From positions 5,737 through 69,736 of the forward strand of contig JAUYHA010000135.1 in the NCBI GenBank assembly GCA_030690265.1: a stretch of 64,000 bases of DNA, written 5' to 3'. The stretch comes from Dehalococcoidales bacterium. GTDB lineage: Bacteria > Chloroflexota > Dehalococcoidia > Dehalococcoidales > UBA2162. Shown here piece after piece: positions 28,618-36,350 of this stretch. A program made the position numbers and the translations under genes. The notes under the pieces were generated by a model that was given only the letters and a program-made list of their open reading frames with translations, did not search any database and had not been told where the DNA came from. Numbering within the stretch: the first letter of the stretch is position 1; the number at the start of each line of letters is the position of its first letter.

Positions 28618-29313
28618 ATGAGAAAGTGGGAAGCTGTCTTTTCAGATGCTGACCGGGAATTAAGGCAGAAAACGCACTTCGGGAGAAAGCAACCCTTCGG
28701 GACAAGACCTGCCCTTATTATTATTGATGTCAACAATGCTTTTGTCGGCTCACAGCCAAAACCGGTACTGGAATCGGTAGAGGAATACCGGACCAGTTGC
28801 GGGGAGGCAGGTTGGGCAGCTATAGAATACATAAAGAGGCTGCTCCTGGCTTGCCGGGCTAAAAAGGTGCCGGTAATCTTTACAACCGGCGACCCCATAA
28901 CGGCACAATTTTCCTGGGGAGCAACCAAGGCAACTAAGAGCCCTCGTCTTGATAAATCGTCTCTGGAAGGCCAGGAAATTGCGGACGAGATAAAACCGCT
29001 ACCCTCCGAGTTTATAGTCAAAAAGACCAAAGCCAGTGCCTTTCACGGCACCTCCTTACTAACAGTTTTACATAACCTGAAGGCCGACTGCTTGCTGGTC
29101 GCCGGCACCACCACCTCAGGCTGTGTCCGTGCCTCGGTGGTGGACGCTTTCTCCTACGGGTTCCCTTGCTTTGTCGTCGAAGAAGGCACCTTTGACCGCT
29201 TTGAACTCTCCCACCTGGTAAATCTATGGGATATGGATGCTAAGTACGCCGATGTCATCACCTTAGACGAAGCCCTTGAACATATTGCCAAACTCTCTCA
29301 AAAAACGTCCTGA
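28618..29313 (+). CDS. isochorismatase-family cysteine hydrolase
   Basis: PALIIIDVNNAF, KTKASAFHGT, and the catalytic-Cys block VAGTTTSGCVRASVVDA. Confidence 0.8.
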   Translation: MRKWEAVFSDADRELRQKTHFGRKQPFGTRPALIIIDVNNAFVGSQPKPVLESVEEYRTSCGEAGWAAIEYIKRLLLACRAKKVPVIFTTGDPITAQFSWGATKATKSPRLDKSSLEGQEIADEIKPLPSEFIVKKTKASAFHGTSLLTVLHNLKADCLLVAGTTTSGCVRASVVDAFSYGFPCFVVEEGTFDRFELSHLVNLWDMDAKYADVITLDEALEHIAKLSQKTS

Positions 29314-29343
29314 CCAATCAGTTTTTCTCCGTGCGGTAGCTTA

Positions 29344-30033
29344 TTGATAACCCTTAAAACAGGTAAGAGCACAAAACTTTTACTCGCTATTTTATTATTT
29401 CTGTTAGCAATCTGGCTAATAAGCTATATTGCCCATCTACCCCGGGAAGTCAGCTTTGCCGATGCCAATCTTGAGCTGGCGGTCAGGGCGCGAATAAACA
29501 AGCCCGCAGGCACCCTGCTCACCTCAGACCTGGAAGGCATTACTACCTTATCGGCTATAAGCCTAAACATCACCGATTTGAGCGGACTGGAAAAGTTTAC
29601 CAGCCTTAGAAGTCTCAGCCTGGCGGATAACAACATCAGCGATATCTCTCCGCTGGCTTCGTTGACCGGGCTCAGGACCCTCGTCTTGTTCAACAACCGG
29701 ATAAAGGATATATCACCGCTGGCTAAGCTCAAGCAGCTCAGCCGGCTTCACCTGATGGGAAACGAGGTTGAGGATATCTCGCCGCTGGCTTCGGGCAATA
29801 AATTGTATTCGCTGGTGCTTTCGGAAAACCGGATTACCGATGTCTCGGTACTAGCCTTACATAAAAATCTGACCAATCTCTACCTGCGGGATAACCGGAT
29901 AATAGATATATCGGCGCTGACTTCGCTGTCCCACCTCGAGGTGCTCGGCCTGGAACGAAACCCTCTTAACGAAGAAGGAAAAAACACCCTCATCCCCCGG
30001 CTCCGGGAAAGAGGGGTGGAGGTAAGGTGGTAG
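29344..30033 (+). CDS. leucine-rich repeat (internalin-like) protein with an N-terminal membrane anchor
   Basis: About eight 22-residue repeats of the form L..L..L.L..N.I.DISPL. N-terminal hydrophobic helix. Confidence 0.8.
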   Translation: MITLKTGKSTKLLLAILLFLLAIWLISYIAHLPREVSFADANLELAVRARINKPAGTLLTSDLEGITTLSAISLNITDLSGLEKFTSLRSLSLADNNISDISPLASLTGLRTLVLFNNRIKDISPLAKLKQLSRLHLMGNEVEDISPLASGNKLYSLVLSENRITDVSVLALHKNLTNLYLRDNRIIDISALTSLSHLEVLGLERNPLNEEGKNTLIPRLRERGVEVRW

Positions 30034-30411
30034 GGGGAGGAGAAACAACAGGCGTTCTTGTTGTAAATAAGTTTCCCGTTATGAGGAAACATACGATGAT
30101 GTATTATTCCTGGTTGAGGCAGCGCCAGGACTAAATGCTGGCTGGGTAACATTTCTATCGTATGTAACTAGCTTGAACCTGGTAAAGTATTCTAAAGCTC
30201 TTAACGGGTTAACAATAGCTTTGCTAATAGTCGGTATAGGGACAACAATTCTGGCTTTAGCCCAATTTCTTATTTTATAAATTTTACTTCGGCAGTGGGA
30301 TTTTCTCTCTTTTTTGCTCAACCCGACATAACAATAATAGTGCGAACCAAAGCATACCAATATAACGGTTTACATAATTTATCCTGGAATAGGGGGTAGC
30401 TACATCAAAAA

Positions 30412-31065
30412 TTAAAGTACGGTTTTGATTTTATTAGCTTCATTAAGAACTTTTATTGTATATTCGCTGAGCTTTTTTCTCTCTCCCCAATCCTCATCCA
30501 GATTCGCCTTATCCATTGACTTTTCCAGATATTCAATATAGTCTCCTAACCCTTTCCCAAGCTCTTGTACCACATTATCAAGTTCATCATTGAAACTATG
30601 AGATATGATTCTTATGTGTTCACCCTTTATGTTTAACGCTCGACATCCAAGTAAAATATTTCGAAAATACATTTTCAGCATTCTCGGATTATCGATTAAA
30701 GCTGCGAAATTAGAATATTCTTTCACGCCATAGGTGGGGACATCTATTGCCCACTCAATAATCTCATTTAGTAGGCGTTCTTTTCGGTCTCTGTTCTCTC
30801 TATCAATTTCGTCCCTTCTGTGTTCCTGTTCTCGTAGATTACTTTGTTCAGTGGCATTAAAAGTAGCGAGCGCTAGGAATAGTGTAACTAAAGCGGTTAC
30901 TGCCATGAATAAAGCAGCCACCTTGGCAGGATACTCTGGGCTGTGCTCCAGTGGAAGCCATAGGAGATAGAAATCTGAACCTATAATAACGATGATAACA
31001 GATAGTATTATTATCATACCGATAGTGATGTATTTCATACTTTTCATGTCCCCATTATACCACAA
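30412..31065 (-). CDS. hypothetical two-TM protein in an AT-rich segment
   Basis: 217-aa ORF with two hydrophobic helices followed by a charged helical domain. No family was recognised. Alternative ATG starts are at 31047 and 31038. Confidence 0.5.
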   Translation of the reverse strand: MWYNGDMKSMKYITIGMIIILSVIIVIIGSDFYLLWLPLEHSPEYPAKVAALFMAVTALVTLFLALATFNATEQSNLREQEHRRDEIDRENRDRKERLLNEIIEWAIDVPTYGVKEYSNFAALIDNPRMLKMYFRNILLGCRALNIKGEHIRIISHSFNDELDNVVQELGKGLGDYIEYLEKSMDKANLDEDWGERKKLSEYTIKVLNEANKIKTVL

Positions 31066-31127
31066 ACCTCCCTGAACTATTATGTCAACTCACTACCTAT
31101 AGTCTATTTAGTAATCCATCCCCCCGA

Positions 31128-31187
31128 CCCCCTTCCTTTAACTAAAGGAAGGGGGAAATAGTTTTTAAGAGGGGCTTCGCCTCTCTT
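31128..31187. repeat. PAL-B double hairpin
   Basis: cccccttccttt-aact-aaaggaaggggg (31128..31155) plus aagaggggcttcgcctctctt (31167..31187). Confidence 0.8.
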
Positions 31188-31470
31188 ACCTGACTACCTT
31201 GAGGCTGTCTGAAAAATGTCATTCCGTGTCAAGCACGGAATGACATCTGACCGTTACCAAATAATCGTCCCCTCCTTTTTAAGGGAGGGGGTTCACACTG
31301 AAAGGCTCGTCCTGAAGACTCGCTCTGAAGAGTTCACTCTGCAGGGGATAAAAGGGAAAGTAAAATCCCCTCAGTCTCCCCCTGTTCAAGCCAGGGGCAA
31401 GCTCTTTACGGAAGGGAGACGCTTAATTCAGGTAGGGGGATTAAGGGGGAGGATTATCAAACCCTCAGAA

Positions 31471-31615
31471 CTAGTGTAGTGTCTCAGAGATACCTTTACA
31501 ATACACTTCATATTGTCATTCCCGCGAAAGCGGGAATCCAGCATCATTACCCCACCTGGATTCCGTATCAAGTACGGAATGACATTGTTAAGTTATTAGT
31601 GAGACACTACACTAG
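31471..31615. mobile_element. MITE-like element bounded by the 15-bp perfect TIR ctagtgtagtgtctc / gagacactacactag
   Basis: TIR at 31471..31485 and 31601..31615. The interior consists of PAL-C hairpins (cattcccgcgaaagcgggaatcc and attccgtatcaagtacggaat). The right TIR contains the stop codon of the methyltransferase gene. Confidence 0.65.
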
Positions 31616-32193
31616 CTGGACTTCCCCTTAATGCCGATGGCTACATAGAGCCTTTCAGTCCACTCGATGTATTGGAAGCCGGAAAAGCCGGCTTGCCTGA
31701 ATGAGCGCTCAATATCCTGCCTGGTTACCTGGTAGTCTTCGGGGTGGCTTGAATCCATGCCCTCTCTCCGTTCCAGCACCAGCACTTTACCTCCCGGTTT
31801 GAGCAGGCGAAACGCCTCGGCAATAAAAGCATCGGACTTCTCGTACTCGTGCAGGACTAAAGACAGGAGACAGAAATCGGCAATCCGGCTGTCCAGTCCG
31901 GTCCGGCTGGCGTCACTCTGAACCGGTATCAGGTTGGGGGGTGGAATCTTTGCCTGCACACTTTTTATCATTTCAGCATCATAATCCACGGCGTAAACTG
32001 TGCCTTCGGTGCCGACGCAAAGCACCATGGGGAAAGATAAAGCCCCCGGACCGCAACCCAGGTCAACACAGGTCATCCCCGGCTTTATCCCGGCTACCTC
32101 TTTGAAAAGCTCATCGGGCTTGAGGGATTTAAGCCTTTCTTCCCTGTCCATCCGCCGGGCCCTCTCTCTGGAATCAAAAACCTCTTCCGTCAT
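31612..32193 (-). CDS. class I SAM-dependent methyltransferase
   Basis: Motif I CVDLGCGPG, then VYAVDYD, then LKPGGKVLV. 193 aa. Confidence 0.8.
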   Translation of the reverse strand: MTEEVFDSRERARRMDREERLKSLKPDELFKEVAGIKPGMTCVDLGCGPGALSFPMVLCVGTEGTVYAVDYDAEMIKSVQAKIPPPNLIPVQSDASRTGLDSRIADFCLLSLVLHEYEKSDAFIAEAFRLLKPGGKVLVLERREGMDSSHPEDYQVTRQDIERSFRQAGFSGFQYIEWTERLYVAIGIKGKSS

Positions 32194-32242
32194 AGCTCCC
32201 TCCTCCCTATCCTGAAATTTGTTTCGCTGTCTCCATTATAAT

Positions 32243-32578
32243 TTAACCAATGAAATACCTGATACCCAAAAGAGCAACTTCAGCCGCAAATAAAGCTGTA
32301 AACCATTTAATGGAATTTCGGGCAACTATTGCCGGCAGGAAGATATCAACAACAGAGCCTTTTTCGGCTCCGAGTTTCTCGGCAAGTGCTGCTAGCGGGC
32401 ATTTCCAATTATTAAAGATTAAAACAATACCTTCAATAAGAATAGCCGCCAGGGCTATAACTAAAAGCCAGTTGAAGACCCCCGCCAGCCCGGCATATAG
32501 AATATAAAGGAGACTGGCTAACATGAAAAAGAATATCAGCGAGTGAATCGATTTAATAAGGAACACTCTGTTCAGCAT
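32243..32578 (-). CDS. small three-TM membrane protein (possibly DUF2784-like)
   Basis: 111-aa hydrophobic ORF with a conserved-looking WKCPLAALAEKLG loop. The family assignment is tentative. Confidence 0.45.
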   Translation of the reverse strand: MLNRVFLIKSIHSLIFFFMLASLLYILYAGLAGVFNWLLVIALAAILIEGIVLIFNNWKCPLAALAEKLGAEKGSVVDIFLPAIVARNSIKWFTALFAAEVALLGIRYFIG

Positions 32579-32816
32579 GCCAAAGATTATAAGTCAAGAA
32601 AAAAGGAATAACAACACTGAAAGAGAGTGTCAAAAAATGAGCGATAAATTGCCCCTTTATCACCCTTAAAGGGTAGTTTACCCTTCTCAAGAATTTTCAG
32701 GGGCTTATTTTTTGATTTTAGGAGCCCTTTTTCTCAGGTTAGACCGGGGAGATGGCTACTTTACCATAAAAGGGTAACCTTGTCCCCATCTTCACCGTTA
32801 TGCTATACTTGCTACC

Positions 32817-33791
32817 ATGAAAAAACGAGTTTTTTCCGGAGCCCGCCCTACCGGCAGGCAGCATATCGGCAACTACATTGGAGCAATACAGAACTATGTT
32901 GCTCTGCAGGATGAATACGAGTGCATCTACTGCCTGGTTGATATTCACGCTCTGAGCACCTTGGAAGACACCGGTAAGCTTCAGGAAAACATCTGTGAGA
33001 TGGTGCTTGACTGGCTGGCGGCCGGTCTTGACCCGGAGAAAAGCATTATCTTTGTCCAGTCCCATGTGCCGGAAGTGATGGAACTGCACACCTTTCTCAG
33101 TATGATTACTCCCCTGAGCTGGCTGCTGCGAGTGCCCACTTTTAAGGAAAAGGCAAAGCTCCAGCCTCACAATGTTAACTACGGGCTGGTTGGCTACCCG
33201 GTGCTGATGACGGCTGATATTCTACTTTATAAGGCTGAGGTGGTGCCCGTAGGTGAAGACCAGCTGCCCCACCTGGAGCTTGCCAGGGAGATTGTCCGGC
33301 GCTTCAATAACCAGTTCGGCGATACTTTCCCCGAACCTCAAGCCAGGCTTACTTCTTTCCCCATGATACTGGGGCTGGATGGCAGAGAGAAAATGAGCAA
33401 GCAGCTAAATAACCATATTGAGCTGGCTCTATCCGATAAAGAGACCCTGGCACGGGTGATGACGGCGGTTACCGACCCGGCTCGCCGCTACCGCACTGAC
33501 CCGGGACGCCCGGCAATATGCAATATCCATAAGCTTGATGCCTACTTCAACCCGCTTCAGAGAGAGCTGTTCGCCGCCCAGTGCCGCCGGGCTGAAATCG
33601 GCTGTGTTGAGCACAAGCAAATACTGGCTGAGCGGATTAATAGTGAGCTTAGACCGCTCCGTGAACGGCGGGCTGTCCTGGCCACTAAGCCACATTATGT
33701 AAATGAAGTTCTGGCTGACGGAGCCGGGCGCGCCAGGGTTATTGCCAGGGAAACCATTAAAGAAGTGAAAGAACGAATGAGACTTGTTTAG
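32817..33791 (+). CDS. trpS: tryptophan--tRNA ligase
   Basis: Class I signatures GARPTGRQHIGNY (HIGH-like) and KMSKQ (KMSKS-like), plus VPVGEDQLPHLEL. Confidence 0.92.
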   Translation: MKKRVFSGARPTGRQHIGNYIGAIQNYVALQDEYECIYCLVDIHALSTLEDTGKLQENICEMVLDWLAAGLDPEKSIIFVQSHVPEVMELHTFLSMITPLSWLLRVPTFKEKAKLQPHNVNYGLVGYPVLMTADILLYKAEVVPVGEDQLPHLELAREIVRRFNNQFGDTFPEPQARLTSFPMILGLDGREKMSKQLNNHIELALSDKETLARVMTAVTDPARRYRTDPGRPAICNIHKLDAYFNPLQRELFAAQCRRAEIGCVEHKQILAERINSELRPLRERRAVLATKPHYVNEVLADGAGRARVIARETIKEVKERMRLV

Positions 33792-33805
33792 GCAGGTGAG
33801 AGAAA

Positions 33806-34240
33806 TTGTTCTTTGAGGAGCTTAATATCGGTGATAAGTTTAATACCCGTCCCAGGGTGGTTACCGGAACGGAGATTGATAACTTCGCTGTTTCCACCGG
33901 ACTGATAAACCCTTTATTCCTGGATGATAAGGCTGCCCGGAGCAGAGGATTTGAAACCAGGATTGCCCCCGGTTATCTAACCCTATCCCTGACGGTGGGA
34001 GCGGTATATGCCCTTGGATTGCTTGACCACGGCCTTGCCCTCTTAAGTATCACCGTTAATTTTACTGCTCCGGTGCAGGCGGGGGATGAGATTAGAAGCA
34101 CGGTAGAGGTGGTTGAGAAAAATGAAACGCAAAACAGGGGACGGGGAATAGTTGCTTTTAAGATTATCTGCCAGAACCAGGAAGGTAAGCAGGTATTTGA
34201 GGTGCCGAAACTTGTCACCCTGCTGCTCCGGAGCAGTTAA
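33806..34240 (+). CDS. MaoC-like (R)-hydratase/hot-dog fold protein
   Basis: 144 aa with FAVSTGLINPLFLD..A and the later beta-sheet segments typical of MaoC dehydratase domains. Confidence 0.7.
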   Translation: MFFEELNIGDKFNTRPRVVTGTEIDNFAVSTGLINPLFLDDKAARSRGFETRIAPGYLTLSLTVGAVYALGLLDHGLALLSITVNFTAPVQAGDEIRSTVEVVEKNETQNRGRGIVAFKIICQNQEGKQVFEVPKLVTLLLRSS

Positions 34241-34256
34241 CAGGGATGAGGTTAAT

Positions 34257-34976
34257 GTGGAAGTAATTCCGGCTGTTGATATTAGAAATGGTAATTGTGT
34301 CCGTCTCTATCAGGGTGATTACAACCAGGAGACCGTTTTCTCGGATGACCCGGTAGAGGTAGCTTTAGAGTGGCAATCGCTGGGGGCATGCAGAATCCAC
34401 ATCGTTGACCTTGACGGTGCTGCCAGCGGTGAGGTCAGTAACCTGGATATTATTAAAAAGATAGCCACCGCCGTACTGGTACCGACTCAGCTCGGGGGTG
34501 GTATCCGCCGGATGGAAACTGTGGAACAATTGCTTAAAATGGGTATCGAGCGCCTGGTTCTGGGCACCGCTGCCGTGGAAAACCGGGAGCTGGTGGCGGA
34601 GGCATGCCGCAGGTTCGGCGAATCTATTATTGTCAGCCTTGATGCCAGGGAGGGATGGATTGCCGTTGACGGCTGGCAGCGGGAAACGAGGCTGCACGCC
34701 GTAGAAACGGCTAAATCCGCAGCCGAACTGGGGGTAAAACGTTTCATTTATACGGATATCAATCGTGATGGCACTCTCACCGAGCCTAATTTTACGGCTA
34801 TTGCCGAGCTTATCAATACCATCAGGTTGCCGGTTATTGCTGCCGGTGGCATTTCGTCACTGCTTCACCTCAAAATGCTGGACCAGCTCGGTGCTGAAGC
34901 TGCCATTATCGGTAAGGCACTCTACAGCGGAGAAATCAACTTTAAACAAGCCCTGGCTACTGTGAGCGGGATGTAA
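34257..34976 (+). CDS. hisA: 1-(5-phosphoribosyl)-5-[(5-phosphoribosylamino)methylideneamino]imidazole-4-carboxamide isomerase
   Basis: VIPAVDIRNGNCVRLYQGDY, IHIVDLDGA, QLGGGIR, TDINRDGT and IAAGGIS. The in-frame GTG at 34257 is preferred, because the ORF-track start at 34152 overlaps the MaoC gene. Confidence 0.9.
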   Translation: MEVIPAVDIRNGNCVRLYQGDYNQETVFSDDPVEVALEWQSLGACRIHIVDLDGAASGEVSNLDIIKKIATAVLVPTQLGGGIRRMETVEQLLKMGIERLVLGTAAVENRELVAEACRRFGESIIVSLDAREGWIAVDGWQRETRLHAVETAKSAAELGVKRFIYTDINRDGTLTEPNFTAIAELINTIRLPVIAAGGISSLLHLKMLDQLGAEAAIIGKALYSGEINFKQALATVSGM

Positions 34977-34999
34977 AAAAACGGAAACAAATTGTATCT

Positions 35000-35072
35000 G
35001 GGCCGCTAGCTCAACTGGCAGAGCAGCTGACTCTTAATCAGCAGGTTACAGGTTCGATTCCTGTGCGGCTCA
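35000..35072 (+). tRNA. tRNA-Lys (anticodon CTT)
   Basis: Cloverleaf: acceptor GGGCCGC/GCGGCUC, D stem GCUC/GAGC, anticodon stem GCUGA/UCAGC with loop cuCUUaa, T arm ACAGG-UUCGAUU-CCUGU. Confidence 0.9.
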
Positions 35073-35089
35073 TATTCAACTTTCTCTTC

Positions 35090-35120
35090 TTGACAGTCAA
35101 TGACCCCTGAGCCTTAATAT
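35090..35120 (+). promoter_or_regulatory. candidate promoter of the retron operon
   Basis: TTGACA at 35090..35095, then TTAATA/TAATAT at 35114..35120 (18-19 nt spacing). It begins 18 nt after the tRNA-Lys 3' end. Confidence 0.4.
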
Positions 35121-35274
35121 TAATAGTCAAAAATCACAATTTTTCTACTCAACAGATTGCATAACGTAATAACTGGGTGTAGATTATAGGAAAAGGCTAG
35201 AGTGGTTCGCATGGCATACGACTGGAAGAATAAACTCTGTTAGGGAAGTACAGAAATTTAGGGAAAAGCATTCC

Positions 35275-36183
35275 ATGATGTTACTTAATAATGTCGCGAA
35301 GGTTATTGCCGAAGGATTTACAAATGATTTAGAGGTATCCGCGGTCACTGTATTTTTGGCTGGAGGTAGTACTGAACGCAGAACCAGCATCAGGCCACAA
35401 TTGCGTAAGGAATTGAGAGGTCGTCGTTACGTCCGTGGGTATGATGTCCTTTACCCAGAAGAGCTTTTTGATGAGCTTATGGGAAGACAGCCTGACCGCG
35501 ACTTATTAAGTCTCGAAAATATGCTAGCTGGTAGTGCACATGCAATCATAATAATTGTAGAAAGCCCAGGTGCCATTGCCGAGCTCGGAGCATTCGCGAA
35601 TAGTGAACAACTGCGTCCTAAGCTGATTGCTATTGTCGACAAGAGATATAGAGGACGCAGAACCTTTATCATGTTAGGTCCTGTCGCACAACTTCGAAAT
35701 TTCCGTCAGGGGGCTGTCATTATGCATGATTTTGGAAAGCCCGATATATCAAAACTAGCAGAAGATGTACGTCGGTCTGTAAGAGGGATAATTAAAGACA
35801 CAAAGGTCGACGCAAGTCTAAGCAACCCGATTCGTGCACAATACTTCTTACTAGCTAGCCTTTTTGTGGCTGAGCCCATAGAGTTATCATATTTGATAAA
35901 ACTCTTGACCGCAACAGATGAATGTGATTTAGCGCTTGCTAATGTGGTTGCTACCACTGCTTTAAATATACTACTCCGTCAAGGAGAAGTTGCTTTAGAG
36001 GAAACTTCGTATCACCTAACTCCAAAAGGCAGACAACGTCTGACTGACATTATTAGAGATTCAAAGGATAGTCGCAAGTTTATTCAATTGTTTGATAAAT
36101 GCCGAGTTGATATACTAAATGCTGCTAGGAGCGGGTCACAGATATGGTATAAAGATATGCTTGTTAAGGGGGTATCATCTTAG
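35275..36183 (+). CDS. retron type II-A-like effector: N-terminal nucleoside 2-deoxyribosyltransferase-like (N-glycosidase) domain plus a C-terminal winged-helix-like domain
   Basis: 302 aa. VFLAGG...IIIIVESPGAIAELGAF resembles the Rossmann-like NDT fold with its conserved Glu. The C-terminal part (LLASLFVAEP..LLRQGEVALEE..YHLTPKGRQRL) looks like a wHTH. It lies directly upstream of the retron RT. Confidence 0.7.
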   Translation: MMLLNNVAKVIAEGFTNDLEVSAVTVFLAGGSTERRTSIRPQLRKELRGRRYVRGYDVLYPEELFDELMGRQPDRDLLSLENMLAGSAHAIIIIVESPGAIAELGAFANSEQLRPKLIAIVDKRYRGRRTFIMLGPVAQLRNFRQGAVIMHDFGKPDISKLAEDVRRSVRGIIKDTKVDASLSNPIRAQYFLLASLFVAEPIELSYLIKLLTATDECDLALANVVATTALNILLRQGEVALEETSYHLTPKGRQRLTDIIRDSKDSRKFIQLFDKCRVDILNAARSGSQIWYKDMLVKGVSS

Positions 36184-36321
36184 AACGGCCTGGACTTCGT
36201 GTTTGGGTCAGTGGGTAGCGATGCAGCTGCCCGTGTCGAAAGCTGGTCACCGATTCATCCAAATAGATACGTTAGCAGTATCTATTTGGACGATATAATT
36301 GAGAGTAAGATGTTACCCCCT
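36167..36321 (+). ncRNA. candidate retron msr-msd non-coding RNA
   Basis: a1 AGGGGGTATCATCTTA (36167..36182) pairs with a2 TAAGATGTTACCCCCT (36306..36321) at 15 of 16 positions. G36183 lies directly after a1 in a UUAG context. A 7-bp hairpin is at 36213..36232. A perfect 13-bp stem (36258..36270 with 36278..36290) lies in the msd position. The RT start is 30 nt downstream. Confidence 0.65.
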
Positions 36322-36350
36322 CCACCCTTAACTATTCTGGAGGTCGACTA

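Noticed and set aside
28422-29030. 202-aa ORF on the minus strand
   Set aside because: It is antisense to the lipoprotein and isochorismatase-family genes, which have clear motifs. No motifs of its own were seen.
31216-31479. 87-aa plus-strand ORF
   Set aside because: It reads straight through stacked palindromic repeat modules. Its peptide is the kind of artefact such repeats generate.
32600-32816. Possible T-box leader upstream of trpS (AGAGA-like gaaagagagtg, aaagggtagtttaccc, and a hairpin followed by ctttttctc)
   Set aside because: I could not find the conserved T-box sequence (..GGGUGGUACCGCG..) or a convincing specifier loop presenting UGG. The hairpins may simply belong to the divergent promoter region. 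It is still worth an Rfam scan.
34152-34256. Upstream extension of the hisA ORF
   Set aside because: It overlaps the 3' end of the MaoC-like gene. The conserved HisA N-terminus (VIPAVDI) starts right after the GTG at 34257.
35152-35160. 9-bp inverted match between the two borders of the retron islet (cagattgca at 35152 and tgcaatctg at 37383)
   Set aside because: A 9-mer match between two spacers of about 200 nt is within chance expectation. It is not adjacent to the composition breakpoints.
35125-35274. The leader between the tRNA-Lys-proximal promoter and the effector gene as an alternative location of the retron ncRNA (the position it has in Sen2-like retrons)
   Set aside because: I found no flanking inverted repeats or long stem there. 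The effector-RT spacer, by contrast, has a 16-nt a1/a2 pair and a 13-bp stem. The possibility is not fully excluded.
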